NCBI GenBank assembly: GCA_964617735.1 | Contig: CAZTXT010000001.1 | Span: 203,589-267,588, forward strand | Reading direction: 5' to 3' | DNA: 64,000 bases | Source: an uncultured Candidatus Saccharibacteria bacterium | Lineage (GTDB): Bacteria > Patescibacteriota > Minisyncoccia > Phycocordibacterales > DSPV01 | Shown: positions 18,608-28,848 of the stretch, one piece after another | Numbering within the stretch: position 1 is the stretch's first letter | Layout of the letters: the number at the start of each line of letters is the position of its first letter | Made by a program: the position numbers and the translations under genes | The notes under the pieces: generated by a model | Database searches by the model: none | Told to the model about the DNA's origin: nothing | What the model saw: the letters and a program-made list of their open reading frames with translations, nothing else

Positions 18608-19033
18608 ATGCACCGGATCCCGCTCTTCATTTCTTTCGTGGCGACTATTTCGGTAGCGATCCTGTTTGGCTTGGCAGAGCGGTATGATCTTCTCTGGCGC
18701 ATCTGGTGGTATGATATCCCGCTGCATTTTCTAGGAGGGGTCGCGCTCGGCGGTTTAGCCATCTGGTCTATCCACGCCTATGCCAAGCGAGAGAACAGGG
18801 TTTTTACGGGAGGGCAACTCTTTTTGTGGACGCTTCTCTTGGTGCTCATTGCCGGGCTTCTTTGGGAATTACAGGAATATCTCTCCGGCAATACGTTTAA
18901 TACCATCGGGAATTATCCTCTCGATACCTTCAAAGATTTGATTATGGATCTTTTAGGCGGAGCTCTCGCCTATTGGCTGGGTAATCGGCGCTCTCCGATA
19001 GTGTCGGCTTCTAACCTCGATGCAAAGCTCTGA
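18608..19033 (+). CDS. hypothetical polytopic membrane protein (141 aa)
   Basis: ATG at 18608 (the ORF call starts at an upstream TTG); 4 predicted TM helices; extended -10 (TGtTATACT) just upstream. Confidence 0.55.
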   Translation: MHRIPLFISFVATISVAILFGLAERYDLLWRIWWYDIPLHFLGGVALGGLAIWSIHAYAKRENRVFTGGQLFLWTLLLVLIAGLLWELQEYLSGNTFNTIGNYPLDTFKDLIMDLLGGALAYWLGNRRSPIVSASNLDAKL

Positions 19034-20405
19034 ATCTTCGATCACTTTTTATGGCGGGGTCGGAGACGCAACCGGCTCGAATTTTCTTTTTGCGATAGGC
19101 AGTGATACCGGAGTGCCAGAGCGGGTGCTTGTTGACTGCGGGCTCATGCAAGGAGCGCCCGATGCGTCAGAGAAAAATGCACGGCCATTCGCTTATGAAC
19201 CCTCCTCCATCGATGTCCTTTTGATCACACATTCCCATGCCGACCATATCGGCCGGGTCCCTAAGCTCGTCAAAGAAGGATTCAGGGGCCCGATCTATTC
19301 GACGCCGGAGACCAAGATGATCGCGGAGCTTATGTTCGACGATATGCTCAATATCATGGCACACGATGAGGAGAAGAAAGGCATAGCGCCGATGTATGAT
19401 GCGAAAAACGTCGCTGATGCGCTCTTGCAGTGGAAAGAGCTGCCCTATCACACCCCGCTTGCTCTTAAAAACGGCGTGACCATAACCCCTAAAGATGCGG
19501 GGCATATCCTCGGCTCATGCTTTTATGAATTTGCGCGCAATGGCCGGACGGTCGTCTTTTCCGGCGATCTTGGCAACACCCCGTCTATTCTCGTGCGTGA
19601 TACGGAGCCACTGCTACGGGTTAATTACCTGTTGGTTGAAAGCGTCTATGGCGATCGCAATCACGAGAATCGCGACGAGCGACGGGAGAAACTGCGCGCT
19701 GCGGTTCTCGCTGCTATAGAAAGAAAGAGCGCACTCATTATCCCCGCGTTCTCCATAGAGCGCAGCCAAGTCATCCTCTATGAGCTCAACAATTTGGTGG
19801 AGGAGGGGAAAGTGCCCTCCGTGCCGGTTTTTCTGGATTCGCCGCTTGCCATAAAAGTCACCGAGGTCTACCGAAAGATGAAAAAGGATTTCAAGCCCGG
19901 AGTGCAAGAGGAGATCGCCGGCGGCGATGACATCTTCAAGTTTCCGCGACTGCAGTTGACGGCGACCCACCAGGAGTCAGAGCGCATTGATCTGGTGCAG
20001 AGTCCGAAGATCATCATCGCCGGCGGCGGCATGTCAGAAGGGGGAAGGGTGGTCAGTCATGAAGAGCGGTATTTGCCCGATCCCCGCAACCTAGTGCTGT
20101 TAGTAGGCTATCAGGCGGTTGGTACGATGGGGCGCGCGCTCCAGGACGGAGCACATACGGTCACTATTCGTGGCAAGCAGATCCCCGTTCGCGCCGAAAT
20201 CCGTCTCATCAGCGGCTATTCGTCCCATAAAGATTCGGACCACCTCGTAGAGTGGGTCGCCAGCTCGGCAGAAACCCTGAAAGAAGTATTTGTCGTCATG
20301 GGCGAGCCGAAGTCTTCGATGTTTCTGGCCCAACGCCTGCGCGACGAGCTTGGGGTCAATGCAGTATTTCCGGAAGTGGGAAGTACACATCAGATCGAAT
20401 TTTAG
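19020..20405 (+). CDS. metallo-beta-lactamase/beta-CASP family ribonuclease (RNase J / CPSF-like)
   Basis: HSHADHIG (HxHxDH), GSCFYEF, SGD, ESVYGDR motifs. Confidence 0.8.
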   Translation: MQSSESSITFYGGVGDATGSNFLFAIGSDTGVPERVLVDCGLMQGAPDASEKNARPFAYEPSSIDVLLITHSHADHIGRVPKLVKEGFRGPIYSTPETKMIAELMFDDMLNIMAHDEEKKGIAPMYDAKNVADALLQWKELPYHTPLALKNGVTITPKDAGHILGSCFYEFARNGRTVVFSGDLGNTPSILVRDTEPLLRVNYLLVESVYGDRNHENRDERREKLRAAVLAAIERKSALIIPAFSIERSQVILYELNNLVEEGKVPSVPVFLDSPLAIKVTEVYRKMKKDFKPGVQEEIAGGDDIFKFPRLQLTATHQESERIDLVQSPKIIIAGGGMSEGGRVVSHEERYLPDPRNLVLLVGYQAVGTMGRALQDGAHTVTIRGKQIPVRAEIRLISGYSSHKDSDHLVEWVASSAETLKEVFVVMGEPKSSMFLAQRLRDELGVNAVFPEVGSTHQIEF

Positions 20406-20576
20406 GCCTCTACTAAACCTTATACGCAAAAGGTCAAGAAAGCTTGACCATATCTCATATTAGTGCTACTTTACTTACCGTAAACGCTGTCCTTTGAAAG
20501 TAAAGGTACGGTATACAGAAACAACGCAGAAAAACCGATAAGTCCCAAAAGGGATGAGTCACAACCGAAAGGAAAC

Positions 20577-21203
20577 ATGAAATCAGTCACGATCGATCAG
20601 TCTCATGAAGTGATGTCCAAGCTCGCCACGAATGTGGATTGGGTACAATTGGACGGCGACGTTCTCCAGCAAGCAGTGCGCGACCCCAAGAAGCTCGGCA
20701 TCGAATTCACGAAGTTTTTGAAGAATGGAGGCCGGGCTCTCATGATGCATACAGGCAAGCTCCCATTCATCGGAGATTTCGACCCCGTTTTTATTGGAGA
20801 AGGCTGGAAAATCATCACCAAAGACTGCGACTCGCGGGAAAACGATCTTCCCGAACTCGATTTGAGCCAGGTTCGTTTCGAGTTTTGCTTGGAGGGGGAA
20901 GAAACCTATACGAGCGGAGAAGAACGACTCAAACGGCTCAAAGCGATGAAGCACACGACTCGTCTCGGAGGCCGCTCATTCAAAACCTGCTGGGAGAATC
21001 GCGCGCTTCTGCCGGAGAGTTGGAAGAAAGATGAACAAGGGAACACTCGATATGTCTTCTTTGATGGCCTCATTCTTGAGGACCCGCACGGCCGCCGGTG
21101 CTCGCTCTTTCTCTGCTGGGGCGGTGGTAGGTGGAACGGGGACTACTACTGGCTCGACGACGGTCGCGACGGGGGCTACCCCTCCGCCGTTCTCGCAAGG
21201 TAG
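20577..21203 (+). CDS. hypothetical protein (208 aa)
   Basis: RBS aaaggaaac; no family recognised. Confidence 0.55.
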   Translation: MKSVTIDQSHEVMSKLATNVDWVQLDGDVLQQAVRDPKKLGIEFTKFLKNGGRALMMHTGKLPFIGDFDPVFIGEGWKIITKDCDSRENDLPELDLSQVRFEFCLEGEETYTSGEERLKRLKAMKHTTRLGGRSFKTCWENRALLPESWKKDEQGNTRYVFFDGLILEDPHGRRCSLFLCWGGGRWNGDYYWLDDGRDGGYPSAVLAR

Positions 21204-21218
21204 TTCTTGTTCATAACA

Positions 21219-21254
21219 AAAATCCCCGAACCTGTGTTCGGGGATTTCTTTTTA
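21219..21254. terminator. bidirectional terminator between convergent genes (20577 gene / rplT)
   Basis: aatccccgaac-ctgt-gttcggggatt flanked by A-run and U-run. Confidence 0.55.
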
Positions 21255-21599
21255 AACTGCTTTTGCGATGAGTCGCTTGAACGATGAGGGATTCTTTTCA
21301 GCGAGCGTTGCGAGGATTTTGCGATCAACCGCGATATTTTTCTTCTTTAGTGCGCCGATGAATTTTGAGTAGGAGAGGAAGCCGTTCTCTTTGAGTGCAG
21401 CATTGATGCGAACATTCCAGAGGCGGCGGAAGGCGCCTTTCTTGTCGCGGCGGTGCGCGAACGCGTGCGAGCCCGCGTGGACGATGGCTTCATACGCCAA
21501 CCGCTCCTTTTTAGAGGGGCCATGTCGATAGCCTTTTACGCGCTTGAGCGTATTGCGGCGGGTCTTGAGTGCATTAACTGCTTTTTTTACTCGGGTCAT
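21252..21599 (-). CDS. rplT: 50S ribosomal protein L20
   Basis: MTRVKKAVNALKTRRNTLKRVKGYRHG. Confidence 0.93.
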   Translation of the reverse strand: MTRVKKAVNALKTRRNTLKRVKGYRHGPSKKERLAYEAIVHAGSHAFAHRRDKKGAFRRLWNVRINAALKENGFLSYSKFIGALKKKNIAVDRKILATLAEKNPSSFKRLIAKAV

Positions 21600-21610
21600 G
21601 GTATTTGGAT

Positions 21611-21793
21611 TTAGCGGACGAGGTAGCGGCTCGCAGTCTTATTAGTGAAGGTAAAATCTTGCGTCCGCTTTTTCGCGAGCTGACGACGCCGGCGCTCCTT
21701 CGCATTGAAATGGTCATGCCCTTTCGCCCGGACTTTCACTTTGCCGGTTTTCGTCACGCGTATTCGTTTCATTACCGTTTTGTTCGTTTTCAT
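21611..21793 (-). CDS. rpmI: 50S ribosomal protein L35
   Basis: MKTNKTVMKRIRVTKTGKVKVRAKGHDHF. Confidence 0.9.
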   Translation of the reverse strand: MKTNKTVMKRIRVTKTGKVKVRAKGHDHFNAKERRRRQLAKKRTQDFTFTNKTASRYLVR

Positions 21794-21794
21794 A

Positions 21795-22304
21795 TCAATT
21801 CTTCTCGATCACGAGCGTTAGTCCCTTCGGGCTCTTTTTGGGCGTTTCGGCGACCTTGTACGAAACTGGAATGAGCTTGAGAATGCGCTCAAGCCGCTCC
21901 GTCAAGAACTTCTGATCCATATACTTGGCGCGACCGCGCAGGAAGAGGTCGATCTTTATGCGGTGGCCTTCGGAGAGCCATTCGCCGGCCTTTTTGGCCT
22001 TGAGCTCCAGATCATGGTCTCCCGTACCGATCGTTATCTGGATTGCCTTGGTTTCTACGTTGTGGGTCTTGGCTTTTGCCTCCTTGCGCTTCTTATTTTC
22101 AGCGTATTGGAATTTACCATAATCCATTATTTTTGCAACCGGCGGGTTGGCATTGGGCGAGATCTCGATCAGGTCGAGTCCTTCGGCTGCCGCGCGCTCA
22201 AGCGCCTGGGCAAGGCTGATGATACCGATGTTTTCACCATTCTCACCGAGGACCCGAAGCGGGTCTGCAGTGATGGCTCTGTTGATTCTGGTTTTCTGAT
22301 ACAC
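21795..22304 (-). CDS. infC: translation initiation factor IF-3 (GTG start as called)
   Basis: typical infC-rpmI-rplT order; [24 protein letters not shown] motif. Confidence 0.9.
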   Translation of the reverse strand: [169 protein letters not shown]

Positions 22305-22396
22305 TCGAAGTTTTTTTAGTGCCGAAATTGTATCAAATTTTGCAGGGAATACAATCTCCCGGCTTTCGGAGAGTATATGCGCGTATCAAGATGACA

Positions 22397-22425
22397 GAGC
22401 CGCCCAAACTATGTTTGGGCGGCTC
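22397..22425 (-). terminator. hairpin terminator downstream of gene 22452..23387
   Basis: gagccgcccaaac-tatg-tttgggcggctc (12-bp stem). Confidence 0.4.
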
Positions 22426-22451
22426 GTCTGTAGTGCATTTGAGGCTCTCCG

Positions 22452-23387
22452 TTAAATGCCGAGATGTAGATCAACGCTGTTTTCAGAATGGACCGTCGTT
22501 CCTTCTCCTGATTTCTTTACATTCACCGAAGAACTTGCGGTTGCTCCAGGGGATTTGCCTCGATCGTCTGTATCAGACGTTGTTCCGAGCTTGATATCGA
22601 GATTGAGGGAATGCTCTGTCTGTGCCGAGACCTGGGCTTCCTGTGCCAGCCGGATCGCTTGCTGGAAATCAGCGAATGCGACGCCGTAATTTTTTGCATT
22701 AAGCGATGTCTTGCCGCTCACGATCGCGTTTTCTGCAAGCGCGAGCTTCGCTTGCGCATCGCTCTGCGCTTGCGCGCTCAGCGAGATATGTTCGATGAAT
22801 TTCTTCACTTCAGCGATTTTGTTCTCCGCGGCATTGAGCTTGCCTTCGGCCCCCGACTGGACCGATGCTCCCGTTTCTGCCGAGAGTTTCAGTTCGGCAT
22901 CCGCGCGTGCCTGTGCTATTGCCTGCAGAGAATCTCTCACGCGGTTGAGTACGGTCAGCGCGTTCGAGCGTTCATCCGCGGTACCGCGTGCGGCAAGCTC
23001 TGCGAGTATTCTTTCATGCGCCGAGAGCGCCGCCTCGAAGTCGGAGCTTGTTTCAGCCGCCGCATCCGCTTTCTCGTGCGCGGTCATATCCGCGACATCT
23101 TTGGAGAACGCGGAAACTTCCTCGTCCAATTTCGAGTCTACCGTTGCTTGGGTATCTGCGTTCAACTTGCCTGACACGGAAAGCATTTCTGCTTCAGCGA
23201 GCCGGCGCTGCGCGCGCCACGCTTCCACTCGGGCATTCGCTTCATCCGAGAACGCGAACGAGCCGCGTACCCCTTCGTTGACGAAGACTTTTACCGGGTA
23301 GAGCACTTCACCGGGCATTGAATGTTCCGCGGCGATTGACGTGCCGCCTCCCAAGAGCAGTGCCAAGATAATGATGGTCGTGATCAT
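22452..23387 (-). CDS. secreted or membrane-anchored Ala/Glu-rich alpha-helical protein
   Basis: internal start MITTIIILALLLGGG (signal/TM) chosen over the ORF call at 23447; long A/E/K/S helical region. Confidence 0.6.
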   Translation of the reverse strand: MITTIIILALLLGGGTSIAAEHSMPGEVLYPVKVFVNEGVRGSFAFSDEANARVEAWRAQRRLAEAEMLSVSGKLNADTQATVDSKLDEEVSAFSKDVADMTAHEKADAAAETSSDFEAALSAHERILAELAARGTADERSNALTVLNRVRDSLQAIAQARADAELKLSAETGASVQSGAEGKLNAAENKIAEVKKFIEHISLSAQAQSDAQAKLALAENAIVSGKTSLNAKNYGVAFADFQQAIRLAQEAQVSAQTEHSLNLDIKLGTTSDTDDRGKSPGATASSSVNVKKSGEGTTVHSENSVDLHLGI

Positions 23388-23619
23388 GGATTTTATGGTG
23401 ATTATGTTCTGTCTTTTAAAGAAGGCACATATCCATGTGCCTATCATGAAGACGAAGAAGAAGCCCTTCCATTACATTTCGAGGATCGCAGGTCCTAGCC
23501 CTCCCTTGGTAGAGTTGCTTTCGGGCTTTCCTTCACGTAAGAATGTAAGTGCGCGCAGATCATTAGTAGCCTTCATGAACCATTCAGATTCGCCTGTATA
23601 CACTTACCTCTAAATCGCT

Positions 23620-25683
23620 ATGTCGCCTCCTCAAGGGATACGCACGTCAATAGCATCGGTATTTGCTGGGCAGGAGATCGGGCCATTTTTCCTCGTACTT
23701 ATTTCTTGTTTTCTGACTGCAAAGTTCAGTCAATACCTGTTCTATCATTTCTATACAAATCCCGCAGTTATCTGGCCTACCGCCGGCATCGCCCTATCGG
23801 CGGTAGCGCTCAAGGGCTATCGCATGTGGCTTCCCATTAGCCTCGCGTCATTTCTTTCAGTGCTCACGAGCCCGATAAACCCACCGATGCTCTTGATAGC
23901 CGCCGGGACTTTGGGCAATACGCTCCAGCCTTTGGTGGGAGGTTATCTGCTGCGGCGAGTAGGATTCGACAATTCGCTCCGGCGGGTGCGCGATATCTTC
24001 TCGCTTCTCGCGGTCTCTCTCTTTGCCACGATCCTGCTTCCCAGCATCAACGTTTCTGCCCAGTGGTTGAGCGGCATGGTTCTCGATCCTACTTCATCGT
24101 GGTGGATCATCTGGTCTCGTACGTGGGCTGGTGGCACCCTAAGCATTCTGATACTGACTCCGCTCATCTGCACCTGGTTTCGAAATCCGAGTCTTTCTGT
24201 CGAGCGGAAAGATCTTCTGGCGATCCTGGGATCTTTCGGCCTGCTTATCGCCACGCTCTTCGGCTTATTCTGGATGCCGCTCCTGCAACCGTTGGTTTTC
24301 GTGCTTTTGTATGTGAATTTCGCTGCTCTCTTTTGGATAGCGCTTCGGCTTGATATCCGTTCGATGACCTTGGCGCTGTTTCTCATGACCATGTTATCTA
24401 TGGGGGGTGTTGTTGCGGTGCAAACAGGCCCGGTTCCTCTTAATCAGCGGCTTTTATCGATCGAACTCTTCATGGTGCTGATCGCCCCGATCTTTCTGAT
24501 GTTTTCAGCGCTCATCGAAGAGCGGCGGACGTTTGAAGGCATGCTTGAAGACAAACTCACCGAGCTTCGGCAAGCCATGCGACGGTTGAACATCGAAGAC
24601 AAGTCGAAGAACGAATTCATCGCGATCCTCGCGCATGAGCTCCGTAATCCGCTCGCGCCCATTTTAAGCGCACTGGAGATCCTTAAACTCAAAAGCAATG
24701 ACCCCGAGGTAGTGGGCCTTGTCGATACTGCCCAACAGCAGGCACGCAGCATGCGCCGTATGCTCGAAGACCTCCTCGATATCTCGCGTATGACCCAGAA
24801 GAAATTTAAGCTCCAGAAAGAAATGTTTCAGCTTGAGCCTGCCATACGGCAGTGTCTGCAGAACACGGAGCGTTTTTTCAAAGGCCGTGCGCAGACTCTC
24901 GGCATCTCGTTGCCTTCTGAAGTGGTGTGGGTACATGCGGATAAAGTCCGGTTCGATCAGATCATCGTCAATCTTCTCTTCAATGCAGGAAAGTACACCA
25001 AGGATGGCGGGCGCATTGAGCTTTCCTGCTCGATTTCTCCTGAACATCTCACGCTCTCGGTTCGTGACGACGGCATCGGCATCTCCTCTGATGAGCTCAA
25101 GTATATCTTCAAACCGTTCCGTCAAGTGAAACCAACGCCCGGAGTAGGGACCGGTCTGGGCATCGGTCTATCGCTTACCAAGAGATTGGTGGAGATGCAT
25201 GGAGGCGACATTCGCGCACAGAGCGATGGTTTAGGGAAAGGCAGCACCTTCACGGTGACCTTGCCGATGCAGAACACAGCGCAGTTGCCGATAGCGCTCT
25301 CCCCGGAGCCGTCCCCCGAGGTTGCGTCACCATCCGCACCGCTTCGGATCCTTATCGTTGATGATAATGAGGCCGCGGCGCATGCGATGTCGAGGTTGCT
25401 TCAATACCAAGGTCATCAGGTGAGCGAAGTTTACAACGGGCAACAAGCGCTTGAAGTCGTTTCGACGCTCGCACCACAAGTCATTCTGCTCGACATCGGC
25501 CTGCCTGACATGGATGGCTATGAGGTCGCCCGCCGCTTGAGAAAAAGCGCGGTTGCCTCGCGCCTCGTCGCATTGACCGGTTTTGGGCAAGAAGAAGACA
25601 AGATGCGTTCACGCAATGCCGGTTTCGACCATCATTTGGTCAAACCGGTGGGCATCGTCGAATTGCAGAGCGTGTTGCGCTGA
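23620..25683 (+). CDS. hybrid sensor histidine kinase (membrane sensor - HisKA - HATPase_c - receiver)
   Basis: 8-10 TM helices; H-box ILAHELRNPLAPI; G-boxes DDGIGIS...GTGLGIGLS; C-terminal CheY-like LRILIVDDNE...D...K. Confidence 0.85.
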   Translation: MSPPQGIRTSIASVFAGQEIGPFFLVLISCFLTAKFSQYLFYHFYTNPAVIWPTAGIALSAVALKGYRMWLPISLASFLSVLTSPINPPMLLIAAGTLGNTLQPLVGGYLLRRVGFDNSLRRVRDIFSLLAVSLFATILLPSINVSAQWLSGMVLDPTSSWWIIWSRTWAGGTLSILILTPLICTWFRNPSLSVERKDLLAILGSFGLLIATLFGLFWMPLLQPLVFVLLYVNFAALFWIALRLDIRSMTLALFLMTMLSMGGVVAVQTGPVPLNQRLLSIELFMVLIAPIFLMFSALIEERRTFEGMLEDKLTELRQAMRRLNIEDKSKNEFIAILAHELRNPLAPILSALEILKLKSNDPEVVGLVDTAQQQARSMRRMLEDLLDISRMTQKKFKLQKEMFQLEPAIRQCLQNTERFFKGRAQTLGISLPSEVVWVHADKVRFDQIIVNLLFNAGKYTKDGGRIELSCSISPEHLTLSVRDDGIGISSDELKYIFKPFRQVKPTPGVGTGLGIGLSLTKRLVEMHGGDIRAQSDGLGKGSTFTVTLPMQNTAQLPIALSPEPSPEVASPSAPLRILIVDDNEAAAHAMSRLLQYQGHQVSEVYNGQQALEVVSTLAPQVILLDIGLPDMDGYEVARRLRKSAVASRLVALTGFGQEEDKMRSRNAGFDHHLVKPVGIVELQSVLR

Positions 25684-25914
25684 TTGAATGGGTAAAAAGA
25701 AAGCCGGAACTGTAGTGTACGTTCCGGCCAAGGATACTGACCTTTACCTTCCATCCTCCTTAGGAATCGAACCTGTTGTCTTTCCCATGATTCCATATCC
25801 GGCGCCGCGATTCAAGGGATAACCTAAACTGGCGCTCCACCTTCGATTCGAGATATTCACCGGGCCTCGTGTCTCGCGCTGGACTGCTTGGTATACTGAT
25901 AGTGTTACTTATCA

Positions 25915-26484
25915 GTGATAATGTATACGATTATGATAGACAAAGTTATTAACGAAGCGAAAAATGCGGTCGTCGCCGCGATCAAGGGCACGGGTGAGAC
26001 GGTGGCCGTTTTGGAGGATACGGTCGGAAATCTTTTGGTTAAAACGGTGCAGAACGTCGGCGGTGGAACGACTGAAGTCATGGGGACTGTGGTAGGGGTT
26101 GCCAAAGGTGCAGTCGCTGCGCTTGCGGGCACGGCCATTTCGGCCGAGGATGGCGTGGCCGCGGTGGTCAGAAGTTCTATAAAAAGCGTTTCTGATATCG
26201 GCGGTGACGCAGCGAGTGCGGCCAAGGGTGCGGTTTCGGGAAGTATCAGTGGAGCCGCCGAGATCGGCGGGAACGTTTCTAAAACCGCGGTCAATGCGGT
26301 GTTGAGTGCGATTAAGACCGCCGGTGAAGTCGGCGGCAATGTCGAAGCGATAACGAAGAGCGCTCTTTCCGGCGCCGTTGAGATTGCTGATTCTTTGGGC
26401 GGGAAGGTTGGTAAAAGCATCAAAGAAGCTTTGAAAGGCACAGCCTCGATTCCCAAGGAGCTGGTGCATGCCGCGATCAAATAA
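25915..26484 (+). CDS. Gly/Ala/Val-rich tandem-repeat protein (189 aa)
   Basis: ~8 imperfect repeats of the A-x-x-G-A-V-x-G...EIGGNV type; promoter region contains the palindrome actgata-gtgttac-tatcagt. Confidence 0.55.
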   Translation: MIMYTIMIDKVINEAKNAVVAAIKGTGETVAVLEDTVGNLLVKTVQNVGGGTTEVMGTVVGVAKGAVAALAGTAISAEDGVAAVVRSSIKSVSDIGGDAASAAKGAVSGSISGAAEIGGNVSKTAVNAVLSAIKTAGEVGGNVEAITKSALSGAVEIADSLGGKVGKSIKEALKGTASIPKELVHAAIK

Positions 26485-26505
26485 CTGATTTAATCAATCC
26501 CAACG

Positions 26506-26530
26506 AAAACTGCCCTTTAGGGCAGTTTTG
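26506..26530 (+). terminator. rho-independent terminator
   Basis: ctgccc-ttta-gggcag followed by ttttg. Confidence 0.5.
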
Positions 26531-26540
26531 CGTTTATGGG

Positions 26541-26567
26541 TGGAGATGCCTGAACGACGTTAGAACC
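26541..26567 (+). repeat. conserved intergenic box, copy a (TGGAGATGCCTGAACGACGTTAGAACC)
   Basis: near-identical copies at 27369, 28822 and a more diverged one at 39764; each 13 nt before an AAAAAAACC-hairpin (minus-strand terminator). Confidence 0.6.
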
Positions 26568-26646
26568 GTTTTTGTCTCATAAAAAAACCAGTGACCGATT
26601 ATGGTCGCTGGGAGATTGTGAGCGGTGTCTTAGGTGCGCTTCACTG

Positions 26647-27054
26647 CTATACGTCACAGCCTTGCTTACGCAGGGCGCGGAGGAGCGCCCTGCCCGGTTT
26701 CTTTGGAGCGCCCATCTGCTGAGGCTCGCTGTCCGGGAACAGTTCGATATTGAGGATGGTTATGATGCGCCCCAGCATATCGTTCCATTCGAAGGCTGAG
26801 CCTTTGGTGAGCGAGATTTCGTACTGATCGATATGGACCGTTTTGATGCCATCGACCCCGAACAGGCGAGTTACATAAACCGGTGGGTCTTTCTCACCGA
26901 CTATTGTGTTGCCATTCCACACGTCGATTTTGTCGCTCGGGCTCTCGAAGTTCTCGCACATGTTGTTCACCAGTCGGCTTGTTACATGGATGCTCAGACA
27001 GTTGGGGTTCGGATGGAACTCCAGCTTGTATTTCATAGCTTTTTTGGCTTTCAT
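26647..27054 (-). CDS. NifU/Nfu N-terminal domain-like protein with a basic C-terminal tail
   Basis: KLEFHPNPNCLSIHV...GVDGIKTVHIDQYEISLTK...EWNDMLGRIITIL resembles the Nfu_N scaffold domain. Confidence 0.6.
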   Translation of the reverse strand: MKAKKAMKYKLEFHPNPNCLSIHVTSRLVNNMCENFESPSDKIDVWNGNTIVGEKDPPVYVTRLFGVDGIKTVHIDQYEISLTKGSAFEWNDMLGRIITILNIELFPDSEPQQMGAPKKPGRALLRALRKQGCDV

Positions 27055-27368
27055 ATGTTGTTGTTCACTACAGGATCGGTTTCTTAACCAGTGCAGGTAA
27101 GAAATCGATTTCTGCAGTGAACAGATATGGACCCAAATTTCAAGGTTCTGTCACCGGGGAATACTATCACGTATTTTAGTATCATGTCAAGTCGCTTCAA
27201 AGGCAGAGTGTCCTAGGCATTTGCAATCCGCTAAGTGCTCTCGACCCCGCCTCGCTGCCGCAATAGCGGCATGCTCCGTCTTTCGACTCCTCTCGAAAGC
27301 GAATCAATTCGCTTTCTCATCACCATCGAAAAAACAAACCACCCATGCGGGCGGGTTACGTTTGTCGT

Positions 27369-27395
27369 TGGAGATGCCTGCACGACGTTAGAACC
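27369..27395 (+). repeat. conserved intergenic box, copy b
   Basis: TGGAGATGCCTGCACGACGTTAGAACC; shares ~40 nt including upstream CGTTTGTCGT with copy a. Confidence 0.6.
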
Positions 27396-27451
27396 ATTTA
27401 TATCAAATAAAAAAACCAACTACTGATTTAGGGTAGTTGGTTTGTGATCAC

Positions 27452-27934
27452 TCAGAAGAACTCTCCATTTTTGTATTCTTGGAGTGTCGCTGCCGCTGTC
27501 TCCCGTTCTGGACTTTCAGTAATTTGGTCTGCCCAGAGTTCTGCTTCCTTGAGTTTCTCGTGCACGAGAAAATGTAAAAGTCTCGTGATTTTATTCGGGT
27601 GGTCGGGCATTTGTAGCTCCAGTGCTTTGCCAGCGTACAACTGGGCAAGCTTCCGATCTTTTCGTTTCCAGATGGCAATACTAGTTGCGTGGTGATACCA
27701 GAACCACAGAATCTCATGCCACCAGATTTTATCTGATTCAGAAAGGTCGGATGGGTTGATTCCCTCCAAAAGCATTTTAATCCTGTTGGTGATAAGGCTA
27801 GGCTCAGAGTCGTCCCATGCTTTGGTTTTCATTAGCCTCTGGTCCTCCTCGCCATATGCCCGCGAGAGACTTCTGAAATCGTTCACACCAAGTAGGGCAA
27901 AGGCCGCACGGACGTTAGGGTGAGTTAGCATCAA
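27452..27934 (-). CDS. hypothetical protein (160 aa)
   Basis: coding-like ORF ending just before box b and its terminator. Confidence 0.55.
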   Translation of the reverse strand: MMLTHPNVRAAFALLGVNDFRSLSRAYGEEDQRLMKTKAWDDSEPSLITNRIKMLLEGINPSDLSESDKIWWHEILWFWYHHATSIAIWKRKDRKLAQLYAGKALELQMPDHPNKITRLLHFLVHEKLKEAELWADQITESPERETAAATLQEYKNGEFF

Positions 27935-28115
27935 TCCTCCTGTTGTTGATTGTTTAGAACTGAAAAACCGGAATTGACACTACGGTAACCTGTATCTTAT
28001 GTCAAAGGATCAAAGCCAGAACCGCAAACTCCCTGCTAGAACCTGTTTTCTTGGAAATGAGCCGCGGTTTGAACAAGTTTGTTGTATTGCCAAAGAAATT
28101 TCTTAAAATAGTGTT

Positions 28116-28778
28116 ATGGCAGTAAATAAAGAACTGATAGATTACATAAAACTATCTCGAGTTTCGGGAAAATCCAATGATTCTATTAAGGCCGAACTCT
28201 TGAAGAGCGGTTGGAGCGAAATTGATGTAAATTCTGCGCTTGCCGATAACTCTGTTCCGCAATCGATCGCACCATTGATACCAGAGTCATTTGTGCCACA
28301 AATCAATACTCTTCAGAAGCAAGAAGAAAGCCCTCTCGTCACAGCATCACCTAAATTTCGATGGTTCATTGGCTCGTTTGGTTTTATTTTTGTGGCTATC
28401 GGTATATATTTTTTTGTAACAGTTCTTCTTTTTTCTATGATAGCTGTCCAAACAGTAGGAACTATAACAGGAAATACTGTAACCACTAGCCATAGTAATG
28501 GACACACCGAAAAAAGTTATTGCCCTCAAGCGACTTTCACTGCGGATGGAAAAGAATACAATTTCACAAATAATGTCTGTTCAAGCTCCGCATATAGTGT
28601 AGGTAGCGAGGTAGACATACTTTATGATCCAAATAATCCATCCAAAGCTCGCATTAAGGGCGGAAATCAGTGGGTGATCCCGGTAGTTTTCACCGGCGTT
28701 GGATTGCTCGCATTTTTAGGCGCACTGTTCAATATTATCAAAGTTGGAAAACCAATATTTTCTACGAGAAAGCTCTGA
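28116..28778 (+). CDS. membrane protein sharing the N-terminal module of gene 9731..10966 (AT-rich)
   Basis: MAVNKELIDYIKLSRVSGKSNDSIKAELLKSGWSEIDVNSAL aligns with MAVTPQLTQYINQARKAGMTDEQIKAELLRAGWSATDVEAVL; two TM segments. Confidence 0.6.
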   Translation: MAVNKELIDYIKLSRVSGKSNDSIKAELLKSGWSEIDVNSALADNSVPQSIAPLIPESFVPQINTLQKQEESPLVTASPKFRWFIGSFGFIFVAIGIYFFVTVLLFSMIAVQTVGTITGNTVTTSHSNGHTEKSYCPQATFTADGKEYNFTNNVCSSSAYSVGSEVDILYDPNNPSKARIKGGNQWVIPVVFTGVGLLAFLGALFNIIKVGKPIFSTRKL

Positions 28779-28821
28779 GACATCTTAAGTACCCAGGTTG
28801 CCTTATGCTAAATATTCCTTG

Positions 28822-28848
28822 TGAAGATGCCTGAACGACGTTGGAACC
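28822..28848 (+). repeat. conserved intergenic box, copy c
   Basis: TGAAGATGCCTGAACGACGTTGGAACC. Confidence 0.6.

Noticed and set aside
25741-25840. tRNA-like T-arm motif (caggttcgattcc on the minus strand) downstream of the histidine kinase
   Set aside because: No acceptor, D or anticodon arms can be paired around it, so it is most likely a chance match or a highly decayed fragment.
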